Source: a virus
Lineage: Duplodnaviria; Heunggongvirae; Uroviricota; Caudoviricetes
Virus record (IMG/VR): IMGVR_UViG_3300043410_001642
Location: 41,120 to 105,119 of that record
Length of the DNA stretch: 64,000 nucleotides
Strand: one strand, 5' to 3'
The notes under the pieces are model-generated. The model searched no databases, was not told the origin of the DNA, and saw only the letters and a list, made by a program, of their open reading frames with translations. Below, piece after piece: positions 21,201-30,313 of this stretch. How positions within the stretch are numbered: position 1 is the first letter of the stretch; the number at the start of each line of letters is the position of its first letter. Both the position numbers and the translations under genes were made by a program.

Positions 21201-21258
21201 AATAGACCCGATAAATAGTAAGTGGCAAGTTCAAATGGGAGTTAGATATAATTTTTAA
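18241..21258 (+). CDS. TonB-dependent receptor (SusC-like)
   Basis: Signal peptide; N-terminal CarbopepD_reg-like domain (ISGRIKDKKGESIPGTTIQL); plug-like region; 1005 aa; terminal F (VRYNF). Confidence 0.7.
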   Translation: MRKVFLFMMMLVSLTSFSQITNSNISGRIKDKKGESIPGTTIQLILKSNGVKYNTSTDGSGIYHIYNANVGGPYSIKITSIGFKPYEKSNLEFNLGDNILDVTLEEENTQLKEVVVVAQRNGIKGSGMVLGEQKISSIPTLSRSITDFTKLVPQSINNSFAGTNFRYNNVTIDGTINNDAIGFSPSLGGQAGTSGMPGSSTRTSPISLDAIQDIQVYVAPFDVKVGNFLGGSINAITRSGTNDVKGSVYVYGRNSSLAGFNTTNEFHDYQTGFRIGLPLKKDKLFLFTSGEITNRNEPVFYGSNSGGLVSDSLANVISTFTKTKYGYNVGDYKDYSIYSKSQKIFNRLDWNINSHNQLTLRNNTVFSEATNLERDLGNFRFGSMDFKQNNNQSSTVAELRTNVGKISNSLIIGYSNIKDFRTPLSENISFPQTEIAYNGGTIFIGNEREATIFNMKQKTTEFTDNFNFSVGTHNILIGTHNEFYDLSYGFVNSWNGRISYKSVGDYLAGKVNRVRGFYSFGNNDRDYIFDNPYANYKVNLYSGYLQDEILLGDFRVTPGIRFDYTGLPNKPNISSQAPTQYTNDYFNNLNISPRIGFTYKNNGWNIKGGSGVFVGRIPFAWLGYAYYNDGVGFGSFDLNNRATLTNVGDPIKDGSKVWAFNNGQKNLVQMDIIDNGFKMPKVWRSNFGIDKTIEGYKIGIEGLYTQVLTDLKFQQINIITDNPTYYSFDTQKEMPIYSGAKVNSNLSNAYLLSNTDKGYRYQITTTLNKRYPFGLDVYGAYTYGVAKDVTNGIRNSMESNWQLNQSLTPNDPQLSYSNFDVRHRIISTLTYRLKTTQVTMVLNSQSGVPFTWGLVNGTLQNNPQSAGLVYIFKDNEVSKYITNPTQSTAFTEFVNGNEYLSSRKGSFTERNGGRTPWSTTLDMKITQNVGKHLQFTADLFNLTNLLNEEWGKIYFVSNTFNSTSSVGLSKVSGEVFSFTKPTQTPYSIDPINSKWQVQMGVRYNF

Positions 21259-21260
21259 GG

Positions 21261-21287
21261 AAAGGGAGTTAAACTCCCTTTTTTTAT
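21261..21287 (+). terminator. rho-independent terminator after second TonB-dependent receptor
   Basis: AAGGGAGTT-AA-AACTCCCTT + TTTTTT. Confidence 0.65.
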
Positions 21288-21316
21288 ACTTATATGTGTA
21301 ACAAAATAAAACACAT

Positions 21317-21553
21317 ATGAAATACTTAATATTCTTTGTATTCTTATTTTTGGTAAGTTGCACACCCTCTAGAATTGTAAATGTATCATCTAGACACAAT
21401 TATTACAATAGACATAGAGCGGAAACCTTCACAAGACCAATGTGGATTCCTGGTCATGGAATAGTGTTATATACTGAAATTGCACCTAATTATCGTTTTT
21501 ATCAACCTCGTTATGCTCAACCACAAATTAGAGTTAGAAGAGGAAGACATTAA
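21317..21553 (+). CDS. small lipoprotein
   Basis: FLFLVSCTPS lipobox; Arg/Tyr-rich. Confidence 0.35.
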   Translation: MKYLIFFVFLFLVSCTPSRIVNVSSRHNYYNRHRAETFTRPMWIPGHGIVLYTEIAPNYRFYQPRYAQPQIRVRRGRH

Positions 21554-23046
21554 TGAAAAAATGGTTGTTATCACTTATTGTAATTGTTATTTCACTATTC
21601 GCTGAAAATGCGATAGGGCAAACATATACTCAAACATATGTAGATAAATGTAGTGGAGAAATTAAAATAGCTACAACTACAATGGTAAATGGAAATGCAA
21701 TAGTTTCTTTCTATAATGAAGTAAGAACATTTACACCCTTCGAAGTTCAGGCAGGAGCAATGAAAGTTTGGTTAGATGCAACATATCTTAAATACCAAAC
21801 TATGGGTTGTCCAACTAATATAGTAGTTCAACAAACTGTCCAACAAACCGTGAATACAGCCGTAACACAGGCGGCTTCAGCAGCGGCAACACAAGCAGCA
21901 AGTTCAGCAGCTTCGGCAGCAGCAAGTTCAGCGGCATCAACTGCGGCTTCATCAGCAGCTAGTAATGCAGCTTCTTCATCCGCATCTACGGCAGCGAGTA
22001 ATTCAGCGAGTTCAGCGGCTTCTTCATCTGCAAGTTCTGCATCATCAACTGCGGCAAGTAGTGGTGCATCGGCTTCAACATCATCTACATCTTCTGCACC
22101 GCCAGCAAGTAGTAGTTCATCATCTTCATCATCTAATAGTAGTAGTTCATCATCTAATAGTAATTCGTCTTCATCTGGAGAGAGTAAATCAGAAAGTAGT
22201 AGTTCAACCTCGTCTGAATCAAAATCGGAGACCAAATCGGAAACTAAGAGTGAATCTAAATCCGAAAGTAAATCAGAGGAAAAGAAATCAGAATCTAAAT
22301 CTGAAGAAAAGAAAGAAGAGAAGAAATCTGAAGAAAAGAAAGAAGAGAAGAAAGAGGAAAAGAAGGAAGAGAAGAAACAAAAGGCTCAAAATATGAATCC
22401 TTTGTTAATAGCATCGGATTTAACAACTGCTGAAAATGCAGATGGAACATATAATGCAATAGCTTCAGTTGGTGTTAGTAGAAGTTCAATGGCAGGTGAT
22501 ATATCATATTCATTAAACTCTATGATATGGAGTTCATTAGACCAATTTGCTCTAAGTGGGGGTGTAACTAAAATGAATTTTGAAGAAGGTAAATTAAATT
22601 CTATAAATTCTTATTCGGTAACATCTGCATACTTAAAAGGTAATTGGATGACATTGGCTGGATACACATGGATTAAACCACATCCTAAATACGGAGTATA
22701 TGGATACAATGTTGGAACAGTAATGTTAATGATGCCAGGTAGTGAGCAAAAATGGGATATATCACTATCTACATCAGCAGTAGCATTTTGGACTAAACCA
22801 TTTCAGTATAGTAAAAAATTAACTCTTTCTCCTCAAACATTTGTGATGTATTCACCATTAGGATATAATACATTTACAGGTAATACCGCGGTTGGAAGAC
22901 ACTTTGGATTTTTAGTGGGAAGTTCTTTTGATTACAAAATCAGTAAAAGATTCGGATTCAGTTTTAACTATAAGTTAAATATGAATACAATGCCTGGAAG
23001 TAAATTTACCAGTAACTTTTTGATTGGAACAAGAATGATGCTTTAA
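21553..23046 (+). CDS. secreted Ser/Ala-rich protein with C-terminal beta-rich domain
   Basis: Signal peptide; long AASSAAS and SKSE(T/S)K low-complexity repeats; about 230-aa C-terminal domain. Confidence 0.45.
   Translation: MKKWLLSLIVIVISLFAENAIGQTYTQTYVDKCSGEIKIATTTMVNGNAIVSFYNEVRTFTPFEVQAGAMKVWLDATYLKYQTMGCPTNIVVQQTVQQTVNTAVTQAASAAATQAASSAASAAASSAASTAASSAASNAASSSASTAASNSASSAASSSASSASSTAASSGASASTSSTSSAPPASSSSSSSSSNSSSSSSNSNSSSSGESKSESSSSTSSESKSETKSETKSESKSESKSEEKKSESKSEEKKEEKKSEEKKEEKKEEKKEEKKQKAQNMNPLLIASDLTTAENADGTYNAIASVGVSRSSMAGDISYSLNSMIWSSLDQFALSGGVTKMNFEEGKLNSINSYSVTSAYLKGNWMTLAGYTWIKPHPKYGVYGYNVGTVMLMMPGSEQKWDISLSTSAVAFWTKPFQYSKKLTLSPQTFVMYSPLGYNTFTGNTAVGRHFGFLVGSSFDYKISKRFGFSFNYKLNMNTMPGSKFTSNFLIGTRMML
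21840..22380. repeat. imperfect tandem coding repeats (Ala/Ser and Lys/Glu/Ser low-complexity tracts)
   Basis: Reiterated GCAGCnAGTTCAGCGGC-type and GAAGAAAAGAAAGAAGAGAAGAAA units inside CDS 21553-23046. Confidence 0.5.
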
Positions 23047-23316
23047 GAAAGCACATTCTTATCAATATCCAATGGTTCAGTATGTTGTCTTTGTTTTCTG
23101 AAACCATATTCAGTTGTTGTTTTTGAAATTACTGCTCCAAATGAGCTACACATTAAAAAGATTGCAATTATTAAGTTTATCATATATTATATTATTTTAA
23201 TATATATATTGACGGAAATAGTAAAAAACTAATAAAAATAGGATTTTCCCAATAAGTTGATGAAAGTTCTTTAAATTATACAAAACAATATTTATAGACA
23301 TAAATTATACAAACAT

Positions 23317-23697
23317 ATGAAATATATAAAAAATATCATATTAGTTGTTCTTATTGCTTTGGTAGGGTATAATATCTTTACCAACAATGGTATCCGTACC
23401 GATGTTGAAGCATATAACCGCAAAATTGATTCTCTACAAAATGAGATAGATTCGGTTGAAAATGCAAATGTGGTATTGGATGGTCACATTGATAAAGTAG
23501 ATAAAGAAATAACTCACATAGAAACAAAAGTAACAAAGATACAAGAAAACATAACTGAAATTAAAATCAATACACATGAAAAAGTTAATGCTGTTAATAA
23601 CTATACTGCTAACGACCTTATCTGGTTTTTCACAAACAGATACGAAAACGGACTCGATAGTACCATTAAAAGTACCGATAGCAAAATTAGTCATTAA
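23317..23697 (+). CDS. hypothetical coiled-coil protein
   Basis: 126 aa; N-terminal TM then heptad-like region; 3' end overlaps next ORF by 120 nt in another frame. Confidence 0.35.
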   Translation: MKYIKNIILVVLIALVGYNIFTNNGIRTDVEAYNRKIDSLQNEIDSVENANVVLDGHIDKVDKEITHIETKVTKIQENITEIKINTHEKVNAVNNYTANDLIWFFTNRYENGLDSTIKSTDSKISH

Positions 23698-23986
23698 GGA
23701 TATCCTTAGTGGTGATGGTGCTAAAGCAGAGTTGAAGGAAGTATATAAAATGTTAGATGAGAAGAATACTCAAATCGGTCTATATAAACAAAAGGATAGT
23801 TTGAAGGATGAAAAGATAACTAATCTTAATGTTATTATAGATAAGAAAGACCAACAATTTGCTTTAGAGAGAGAAAAATCAAATAGCCTACTAAAAGAAC
23901 TTAAGGTTCAGAAGTTTAAAACGGCTGTATATAAAGCAGGTTCTGGTATCGCTGTATTAATGACCATATTATTCTTAGTTAAATAA
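23576..23986 (+). CDS. secreted hypothetical protein
   Basis: Signal peptide MKKLMLLITILLTTLSGFSQ; C-terminal hydrophobic anchor. Confidence 0.4.
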   Translation: MKKLMLLITILLTTLSGFSQTDTKTDSIVPLKVPIAKLVIKDILSGDGAKAELKEVYKMLDEKNTQIGLYKQKDSLKDEKITNLNVIIDKKDQQFALEREKSNSLLKELKVQKFKTAVYKAGSGIAVLMTILFLVK

Positions 23987-24636
23987 TGAAGAAATACTTA
24001 GAAATAAAAAACATTATTATTGCGGTTTTAGTGATATTATTATCATTAGTATCATTTGACCCATTTGGTGTAATGCCCAATAGAAATAAAATTATTAAAA
24101 AGATAGTTAAAATTGACGGTCAATCTTTACATCCAATTCATGATACAATACCATTAGAAGTACCCGTTGATGTTCCTGTTCCTTATGAAGTTGAGAAACC
24201 AATACCATATGCGGTGCATGATACAATTCAGGCGGTAGTAGATACAAACTCTATTGTAAAACAATATTTGAGTAATATTAATGTATTTACAAACACATAT
24301 AAGTTTGATAAGAAACAAGGTTCAATTACAATAATCGATACTATAAGTAATAATAAAATAATAGGTAGAAAATATACAACTAAAATAACACCTAGAATAG
24401 ATACTCTTAGAATACCCGAACCTTTTAAAACAAAAGTATTTTTTGGGCTTGAAGGTGGATTTAGTAAAACCGATGTGGTATCTCATATAGGAACAGGATT
24501 TATACTAACTACCAAAAATGATAAATTATTTCATATTGGAGTTGGTGTTGCTAATAGAGTATTAGATGGAACAAATGGTGAGTTTACTCCATATGTAAAT
24601 GGTGGAGTGTATTGGAAAATTAAATTAAAAAAATAA
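23986..24636 (+). CDS. secreted hypothetical protein
   Basis: 216 aa; N-terminal hydrophobic signal/anchor; terminator hairpin follows. Confidence 0.4.
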   Translation: MKKYLEIKNIIIAVLVILLSLVSFDPFGVMPNRNKIIKKIVKIDGQSLHPIHDTIPLEVPVDVPVPYEVEKPIPYAVHDTIQAVVDTNSIVKQYLSNINVFTNTYKFDKKQGSITIIDTISNNKIIGRKYTTKITPRIDTLRIPEPFKTKVFFGLEGGFSKTDVVSHIGTGFILTTKNDKLFHIGVGVANRVLDGTNGEFTPYVNGGVYWKIKLKK

Positions 24637-24657
24637 TATAAATTATCAAAGAATTAA

Positions 24658-24689
24658 ATGGCTACTTCGAAGGTAGCCATTTTTTTTTA
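24658..24689 (+). terminator. rho-independent terminator
   Basis: ATGGCTAC-TTCGAAG-GTAGCCAT + TTTTTTTTT. Confidence 0.7.
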
Positions 24690-24749
24690 CTTTATACATA
24701 TTTATACCGAAATGAAAGGTTATATTAAGAGAATAATAAGAAAAGAAAT

Positions 24750-24899
24750 ATGTTAGACAAACTAAACAAAATTTTAATTGCATTAGAAGATGCAGTAGAT
24801 TCGGAGGATTGGACATTGGTTCAACACGCAATCGGTAAATTAGAAGAACTTTACGAAAAGATTGAAATGGAAGATCAATTCGGAGAATACGAAGACTAA
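24750..24899 (+). CDS. small acidic protein (49 aa)
   Basis: MLDKLNKILIALEDAVDSEDW...; not in ORF track. Confidence 0.3.
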   Translation: MLDKLNKILIALEDAVDSEDWTLVQHAIGKLEELYEKIEMEDQFGEYED

Positions 24900-24904
24900 T
24901 ACAA

Positions 24905-26089
24905 ATGAATAAAGGGTTAATTGTTACAAGAAAAAAATATCTGATTGGGTTATTGAATAACTCTAAAGTTATTAATAGTATAAAAGCAGACTCAATAGAT
25001 TTTGTAAATTTAGTGCAACTATTACCTCCTAATGTAAAATACATAGAATCATTAGGAAAATCTCCAGAAGAATTACGAAGTGAAATACATACTCATGATT
25101 ATGATTTTATCATATTCGATGAATTATCAATGTATGATTCAGCATTAGAACGAACTAATTTTTATTTTATTCCACCTATTGAATTTAATATAACTGACCC
25201 TTATATAAATGAGATATTTAAAATACCACATGAATTTAATGCACCTGCTATAAATTGGTGTAATGAAACTCATAAGAATTTATTCTTCTTAACTTCAACT
25301 ATGTTAGATATCCCTAACAATATAGTTGACTTATCTCTTATACTTAATCTAAATAACACATCTGAATTATGGGGTAAGTATCATTACTCTGCTAAAGATT
25401 TATTTTTATGCTCACCAAGAAAGCAAAGAAGATTAGATTATACATTTAGAGAAGTAAAAAAAGAAAATAGAGTTAGATTATTTTTGGATTTAATAAATGA
25501 ATTAACTGATTCCGAATTAAACAAAATAAAACTAAGTTGTCATTCTGGATTTTTAACTGATAAAGATTTATATGTTCAAACCCGAAGTTTTTTTGAATCT
25601 AAAAATGAATTGAGTTTATTTTTAGAATTGGAAAAGGTGGATGAAAAATTTCTAAGTTCAGATGAATTGGAGAATCATACACCTGGATATAATGCTTGGG
25701 TATTGAACAAAGTTTTCAATCATACTTTTTCATCGGATATATCAATTTATTTTGAAAGTGGTAGAGACGTAAAAGAAATCAGAAATACGATGAGTGATAT
25801 GATAACGGAAAAAACTATCGATAACATAACGATAGGAAAACCATTCATTCATTTAAGTCCGGTAGTTGATAGATTCTTAAAAAGGTTTGGATTCAAAAAC
25901 TATAATGTTGAGGTATTCGATAAAATAGATACAAATAAGGTTACTCTGATAAAGAAGATATTAGGGTATAATTACATACAATATGATATGATGGTTAAAC
26001 AACTGGATGGGTTACGAAATGAGAACCTGGCAGTGATGAATCGTTACTATAAAAACAACACATTCCTATATAATTTAATACATAACTGA
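24905..26089 (+). CDS. hypothetical protein
   Basis: 394-aa ORF. Confidence 0.45.
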   Translation: MNKGLIVTRKKYLIGLLNNSKVINSIKADSIDFVNLVQLLPPNVKYIESLGKSPEELRSEIHTHDYDFIIFDELSMYDSALERTNFYFIPPIEFNITDPYINEIFKIPHEFNAPAINWCNETHKNLFFLTSTMLDIPNNIVDLSLILNLNNTSELWGKYHYSAKDLFLCSPRKQRRLDYTFREVKKENRVRLFLDLINELTDSELNKIKLSCHSGFLTDKDLYVQTRSFFESKNELSLFLELEKVDEKFLSSDELENHTPGYNAWVLNKVFNHTFSSDISIYFESGRDVKEIRNTMSDMITEKTIDNITIGKPFIHLSPVVDRFLKRFGFKNYNVEVFDKIDTNKVTLIKKILGYNYIQYDMMVKQLDGLRNENLAVMNRYYKNNTFLYNLIHN

Positions 26090-26122
26090 TTGATTTTCAA
26101 TATCAATAAAAAATAATTCATA

Positions 26123-26180
26123 AAAGGCTTGTTTTTCTCAATTATTTTTCATAATTTAGTGATATAAAGATTGAGAGTTA
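26123..26180 (+). promoter_or_regulatory. 58-bp promoter/leader repeat, copy A (upstream of vWA gene)
   Basis: AAAGGCTTGTTTTTCTCAATTATTTTTCATAATTTAGTGATATAAAGATTGAGAGTTA; 57/58 identical to copy B. Confidence 0.5.
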
Positions 26181-28288
26181 TGAAAACACACAACACAAAA
26201 AATTACCATTCATCATTTTGGTATGATGATAACCAATTGGATGAGACCATTGTATTCTCATCAATGTCTGATAAAGCAGTAGATACCTTAAAAAAGTATC
26301 GATTATCTTCTGCTCGTAAAGCCATTTCAAATTTCGTATCAATTACAACTGGAAAAAACATTCCGGTTACATTTGCTACTAACAACTCCTTTACCGATGG
26401 TAAGACAGTTGTTATCAGTGGTGATATTGATAACCCAGAAAAATTTGATGTGGGTGTAGGTTTGGCTTTGCACGAAGGTTCTCACATTTTATTATCCGAT
26501 TTTGAAATCTTACACAAACTAAATAGTTTGATTCCTGCTTCTACTATGGTAAATGCTGAAAATAAGGGATTGAATCGTTATGAGGTTATTGATATGATTA
26601 AGAATCTTAATAACATTGTTGAAGATAGAAGAATTGATAATTACATTTACAAAAATGCTCCCGGTTATAGAGAGTATTATTTGAAATTATACAATCACTA
26701 CTTTGGTGATAAGGTAATTGAAAAGGGATTGGAAAGTGATGACTATAAGATTGAGAATGTTGAATCTTATATGTTCCGTTTAATTAACTTAATGAATGTG
26801 AAATCTGATTTAACTTCATTAAAAGGTTTAAGAAAGATTTATCAGATTTTAGATTTAAAAAACATCGATAGGTTAAAAAGTTCAAACGATGCATTGAATG
26901 TGGCAATTGAAATTGCTGATACTATCATTGATAGTATTGATGCGGTTGAAACTCCAAAAGATGGTAATAAATCTAATTCTGGCACTGAAGGTGAAAGTGG
27001 TGAGGGTTCTGAAGGTGAGAATGGAAATGCTAACGGAATGAATGGTGATTCATCTGAAGATAATAATGGTGGCCCTTCTATGAGTTCTGAAGGTGGAGAT
27101 GGTGAAAATGAGAGTGGCAGTGGTGAGGGTGATGCAACCGATGGTGAAGGTAGTGGTGAAGGTGAAGAAACTGAATCAACTTCCGATAATGCAGGAGGTA
27201 ATGGTAATCAACTTTCAGATGCTAATAAAAAGAAGTTAAAAAGAGTTTTAGGTAAGCAAAAGGATTTCTTAAATGGAGATACTCAAAAGAAAAAGATAAC
27301 TAAAACAATGGCTGAAGAAATTAAGGCCGCTGAATCTCAAGGTGCTGAAATTGTGAATGTTGCTGAAAACTTCAACGAAAGAGGTGCAAAAGGAACTAAT
27401 GTTCTTATCATCAAAAATCTTACTAAACAAATGTTGATGGATGATGAGTTTCATATGAGTTATTGTTATACTGATTACAAATCAAATGAGAAGAAATTAA
27501 GAGAGGCACTTAATGCTAATGAAATCTCTACTGCTGAAATGATGGGAACTATGTTAGGTAAGAAATTGCAAGTTCGTAATGAAAGTAGAGATACAATATT
27601 CAACCGCCAGAAGAATGGTAAGATTGATGGTAGAATGATTGCTTCTTTAGGATTTGATAATGAGAATGTTTTCTCTCAAATCTTCACTGATAAATTTAAG
27701 AAAGCTAACATTCACTTAAGTATTGATGCGAGTGGTTCGATGGGTGGAACTAAATGGAGACAAACGATGATAAATGCAATTGCTTTGGCAAAGGCAACAT
27801 CTATGATTTCTAACTTAGAGATGCAAATCACATTCCGATATTCGGATAATAACTTACCGATTATCATCTTTGCTTATGATAGTAGAAAAGATTCTTATCA
27901 GAAAGTAAAAAGTATTTTCCCTTACTTAAGAGAAACGGGAACTACTCCAGAGGGATTAACATTTGAAGCGATTTCAAAGATGTTAGTGCCAGCAGGTAAT
28001 GATATGGATTCGTTCTTTGTGAATATATCAGATGGTGAGCCGGCTTTTCAAAATAAAGATATCTACTACACAGGCCAACCAGCGGCTGAACATACGAGAA
28101 AGCAAGTTGAGAAAATTAAGGCCAATGGTATTGGAGTTCTTTCTTACTTCGTATCAGATAGTAGTTACGGAGCAGGTTCATCTATGGAACGATTTAAGAG
28201 AATGTATGGAGCAAATGCTAAGTTCATTGATATCAATTCAATCGGTGAAGTAACGAATACCTTAAATAAAATGTTCCTTACTAAATAG
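26180..28288 (+). CDS. von Willebrand factor A domain protein (CobT-like)
   Basis: MIDAS motif HLSIDASGSMGG; central acidic G/E/S linker; track start 26171 is TTG, ATG at 26180 preferred. Confidence 0.7.
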   Translation: MKTHNTKNYHSSFWYDDNQLDETIVFSSMSDKAVDTLKKYRLSSARKAISNFVSITTGKNIPVTFATNNSFTDGKTVVISGDIDNPEKFDVGVGLALHEGSHILLSDFEILHKLNSLIPASTMVNAENKGLNRYEVIDMIKNLNNIVEDRRIDNYIYKNAPGYREYYLKLYNHYFGDKVIEKGLESDDYKIENVESYMFRLINLMNVKSDLTSLKGLRKIYQILDLKNIDRLKSSNDALNVAIEIADTIIDSIDAVETPKDGNKSNSGTEGESGEGSEGENGNANGMNGDSSEDNNGGPSMSSEGGDGENESGSGEGDATDGEGSGEGEETESTSDNAGGNGNQLSDANKKKLKRVLGKQKDFLNGDTQKKKITKTMAEEIKAAESQGAEIVNVAENFNERGAKGTNVLIIKNLTKQMLMDDEFHMSYCYTDYKSNEKKLREALNANEISTAEMMGTMLGKKLQVRNESRDTIFNRQKNGKIDGRMIASLGFDNENVFSQIFTDKFKKANIHLSIDASGSMGGTKWRQTMINAIALAKATSMISNLEMQITFRYSDNNLPIIIFAYDSRKDSYQKVKSIFPYLRETGTTPEGLTFEAISKMLVPAGNDMDSFFVNISDGEPAFQNKDIYYTGQPAAEHTRKQVEKIKANGIGVLSYFVSDSSYGAGSSMERFKRMYGANAKFIDINSIGEVTNTLNKMFLTK

Positions 28289-28294
28289 TTGATT

Positions 28295-28336
28295 ATCAAC
28301 GACATATAAGTCGTTGATTTTCAATAAAAAATTTTG
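28295..28336 (+). terminator. palindromic hairpin/terminator after vWA gene
   Basis: ATCAACGAC-ATATAA-GTCGTTGAT followed by TTTCAATAAAAAATTTT. Confidence 0.5.
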
Positions 28337-28350
28337 AAAAATATTTGGTT

Positions 28351-28408
28351 AAAGGCTTGTTTTTCTCAATTATTTTTCCTAATTTAGTGATATAAAGATT
28401 GAGAGTTA
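28351..28408 (+). promoter_or_regulatory. 58-bp promoter/leader repeat, copy B (upstream of MoxR-like ATPase gene)
   Basis: Near-identical to 26123-26180. Confidence 0.5.
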
Positions 28409-28438
28409 AACAATTTAAAAATAGAGTTATGAAAAACC

Positions 28439-29646
28439 CAAAAAATGTTCCTTTAGAAATTGCACCTAATGAGGTTTGCAAAGTAGTTATGGTTGGTAAT
28501 AAGTTCCATATGGTTACATCCAATGGTACTGATATCGGATTCGGTGGTGCTAATACGGCCACTCGTAAAAAGGCTTATGATTCTAATAAGGCCTTAAAAA
28601 ATCAGTTAAATAAAGGTGGTAAATCTCAATGGAGACAAGTTGAGATGAATGAGTATAATATGCTCGTTCAACCTTTGAAAGAAAATGGTGAGGTGAATTT
28701 AGAACCTGCCAATTCTCATGATGAAATTAAAAAAATCATCCACGAAGATTCTATCAAATTAAAACCGGAGAGTTTAGTAATCAAAGATATCAAATGGAAA
28801 TATTTGATTCGTTCTGCGGTGCGTGGTAAAAATATTATGATGACAGGGCCTGCTGGTTGTGGTAAAACAATGGCGGCTAAGTTCTTAGTTACTCAATTAG
28901 AACGACCTGATTTCTACTTCAACTTAGGTTCTACGCAAGACCCGAGAGCAACTTTGGTTGGTAATACCCAATTCAACAAAGAGAGTGGAACTTACTTCTC
29001 TGAATCGGCTTTCGTTAAGGCAATCAAAACTCCTAAAGCAATCATCTTATTAGATGAGTTGAGTAGAGCTCACCCTGATGCTTGGAATATCTTAATGACG
29101 GTGTTAGACCAAAACCAACGATACCTTCGTTTGGATGAGGCTGAAGGTTCTCCAATTGTTAAGGTTGCTGAAGGTGTTACATTCATCGCAACTGCCAACA
29201 TCGGTAATGAATACACTGCGACAAGGGTGTTGGATAGAGCTATCTTAGACCGTTTCGTAATGATTGAGATGGATGTGTTGAATAGTGAAGAAGAGTTTGG
29301 ATTACTTAAGAAGATGTATCCAGAGGTTGTTGAAGATGATTTGAAAGCGGTTGCTGAGATTGCTCATCACTCAAGAGAGGTGAGCCGTTCAGAGGTTGCT
29401 AAATTAAGTAACATGATTTCAACGAGAGCTTCGGTTGAGATGGCTGGGTTGTTATATGATGGGTTCTCATTGATGGAGGCCGCAGAGGTTGCTATCTTAC
29501 CTTTCTTCTCTAACGATGGAGGTTTGGAAAGTGAAAGAACTTATGTGAAGCAGTTGGTTCAGAAATATATTAAGACAACTGATGATAATCTCTTCAACGA
29601 AATAAAAGAAGAAGAGAAAGAAAACGAAGAAACAATTGTTTGGTAA
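28439..29646 (+). CDS. MoxR/CbbQ-like AAA+ ATPase (CobS-like)
   Basis: Walker A MMTGPAGCGKTMAAKF; Walker B ILLDELSRA; sensor region TANIGNEYTATRVLDRA; ATG at 28439 preferred over track TTG 28399. Confidence 0.75.
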
Positions 29647-29709
29647 AATTTTCATAACTCGGGAGGTAGGGGGGAGCAATCCCCTCTTCTCTTATCTTAA
29701 ACCTAACCA

Positions 29710-30312
29710 ATGATTAAAAAAACTAAAAAAGAATTAGAATTCATTCAATTTGTAAAGGATGAATGTAAAAAATACGGAGTGAAATGCTCATTAAGAAATG
29801 TAAATTATGTAAAGTTAAGTGGTAATATTAAATGCAGTGGATGGTTCGATGAGACCGTTCCGGAGTTAGTATGTGCATTAAATAGGCCTGATTGGATTGA
29901 AATTCTTGCACATGAGTATTCACATTTAACACAATGGGTAGAAGGAATTGATTTGTGGAAGAAGTGTATGATATCAATGCCAAAAGTAGATGAATGGCTG
30001 GGAGGAAAGAATATCAGAAACATAGACAAGTATTTGAACGATAGTAGAGATTTAGAATTGGATAATGAAAAGAGAGCGGTTAAGTTGATTAAGAAATGGG
30101 AATTAGATGTTGATACTGACCATTACATTCAGAAAGCAAATGCTTATGTGCAGTTCTACAATTGGATGAAAGAAACCCGTAGATGGGCAACTCCTAAAAA
30201 TTCTCCATATCGAAATGAAACAATTATTTCATCAATGCCAAAAAAGTTCAATATGAACTATGAAATAATGGGAGAGAAATATCGCAAACTATATAAATCA
30301 GAAGGAATATAA
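29710..30312 (+). CDS. hypothetical protein with HExxH motif
   Basis: AHEYSHL motif; possible metallopeptidase fold. Confidence 0.4.
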   Translation: MIKKTKKELEFIQFVKDECKKYGVKCSLRNVNYVKLSGNIKCSGWFDETVPELVCALNRPDWIEILAHEYSHLTQWVEGIDLWKKCMISMPKVDEWLGGKNIRNIDKYLNDSRDLELDNEKRAVKLIKKWELDVDTDHYIQKANAYVQFYNWMKETRRWATPKNSPYRNETIISSMPKKFNMNYEIMGEKYRKLYKSEGI

Positions 30313-30313
30313 T

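Noticed and set aside
21828-22396. Minus-strand ORF 21828-22235 and alternate-frame + ORF 21965-22396
   Set aside because: Both lie within the Ala/Ser/Lys/Glu repetitive stretch of CDS 21553-23046. Their repetitive poly-Leu/poly-Arg translations are artefacts of the tandem repeats.
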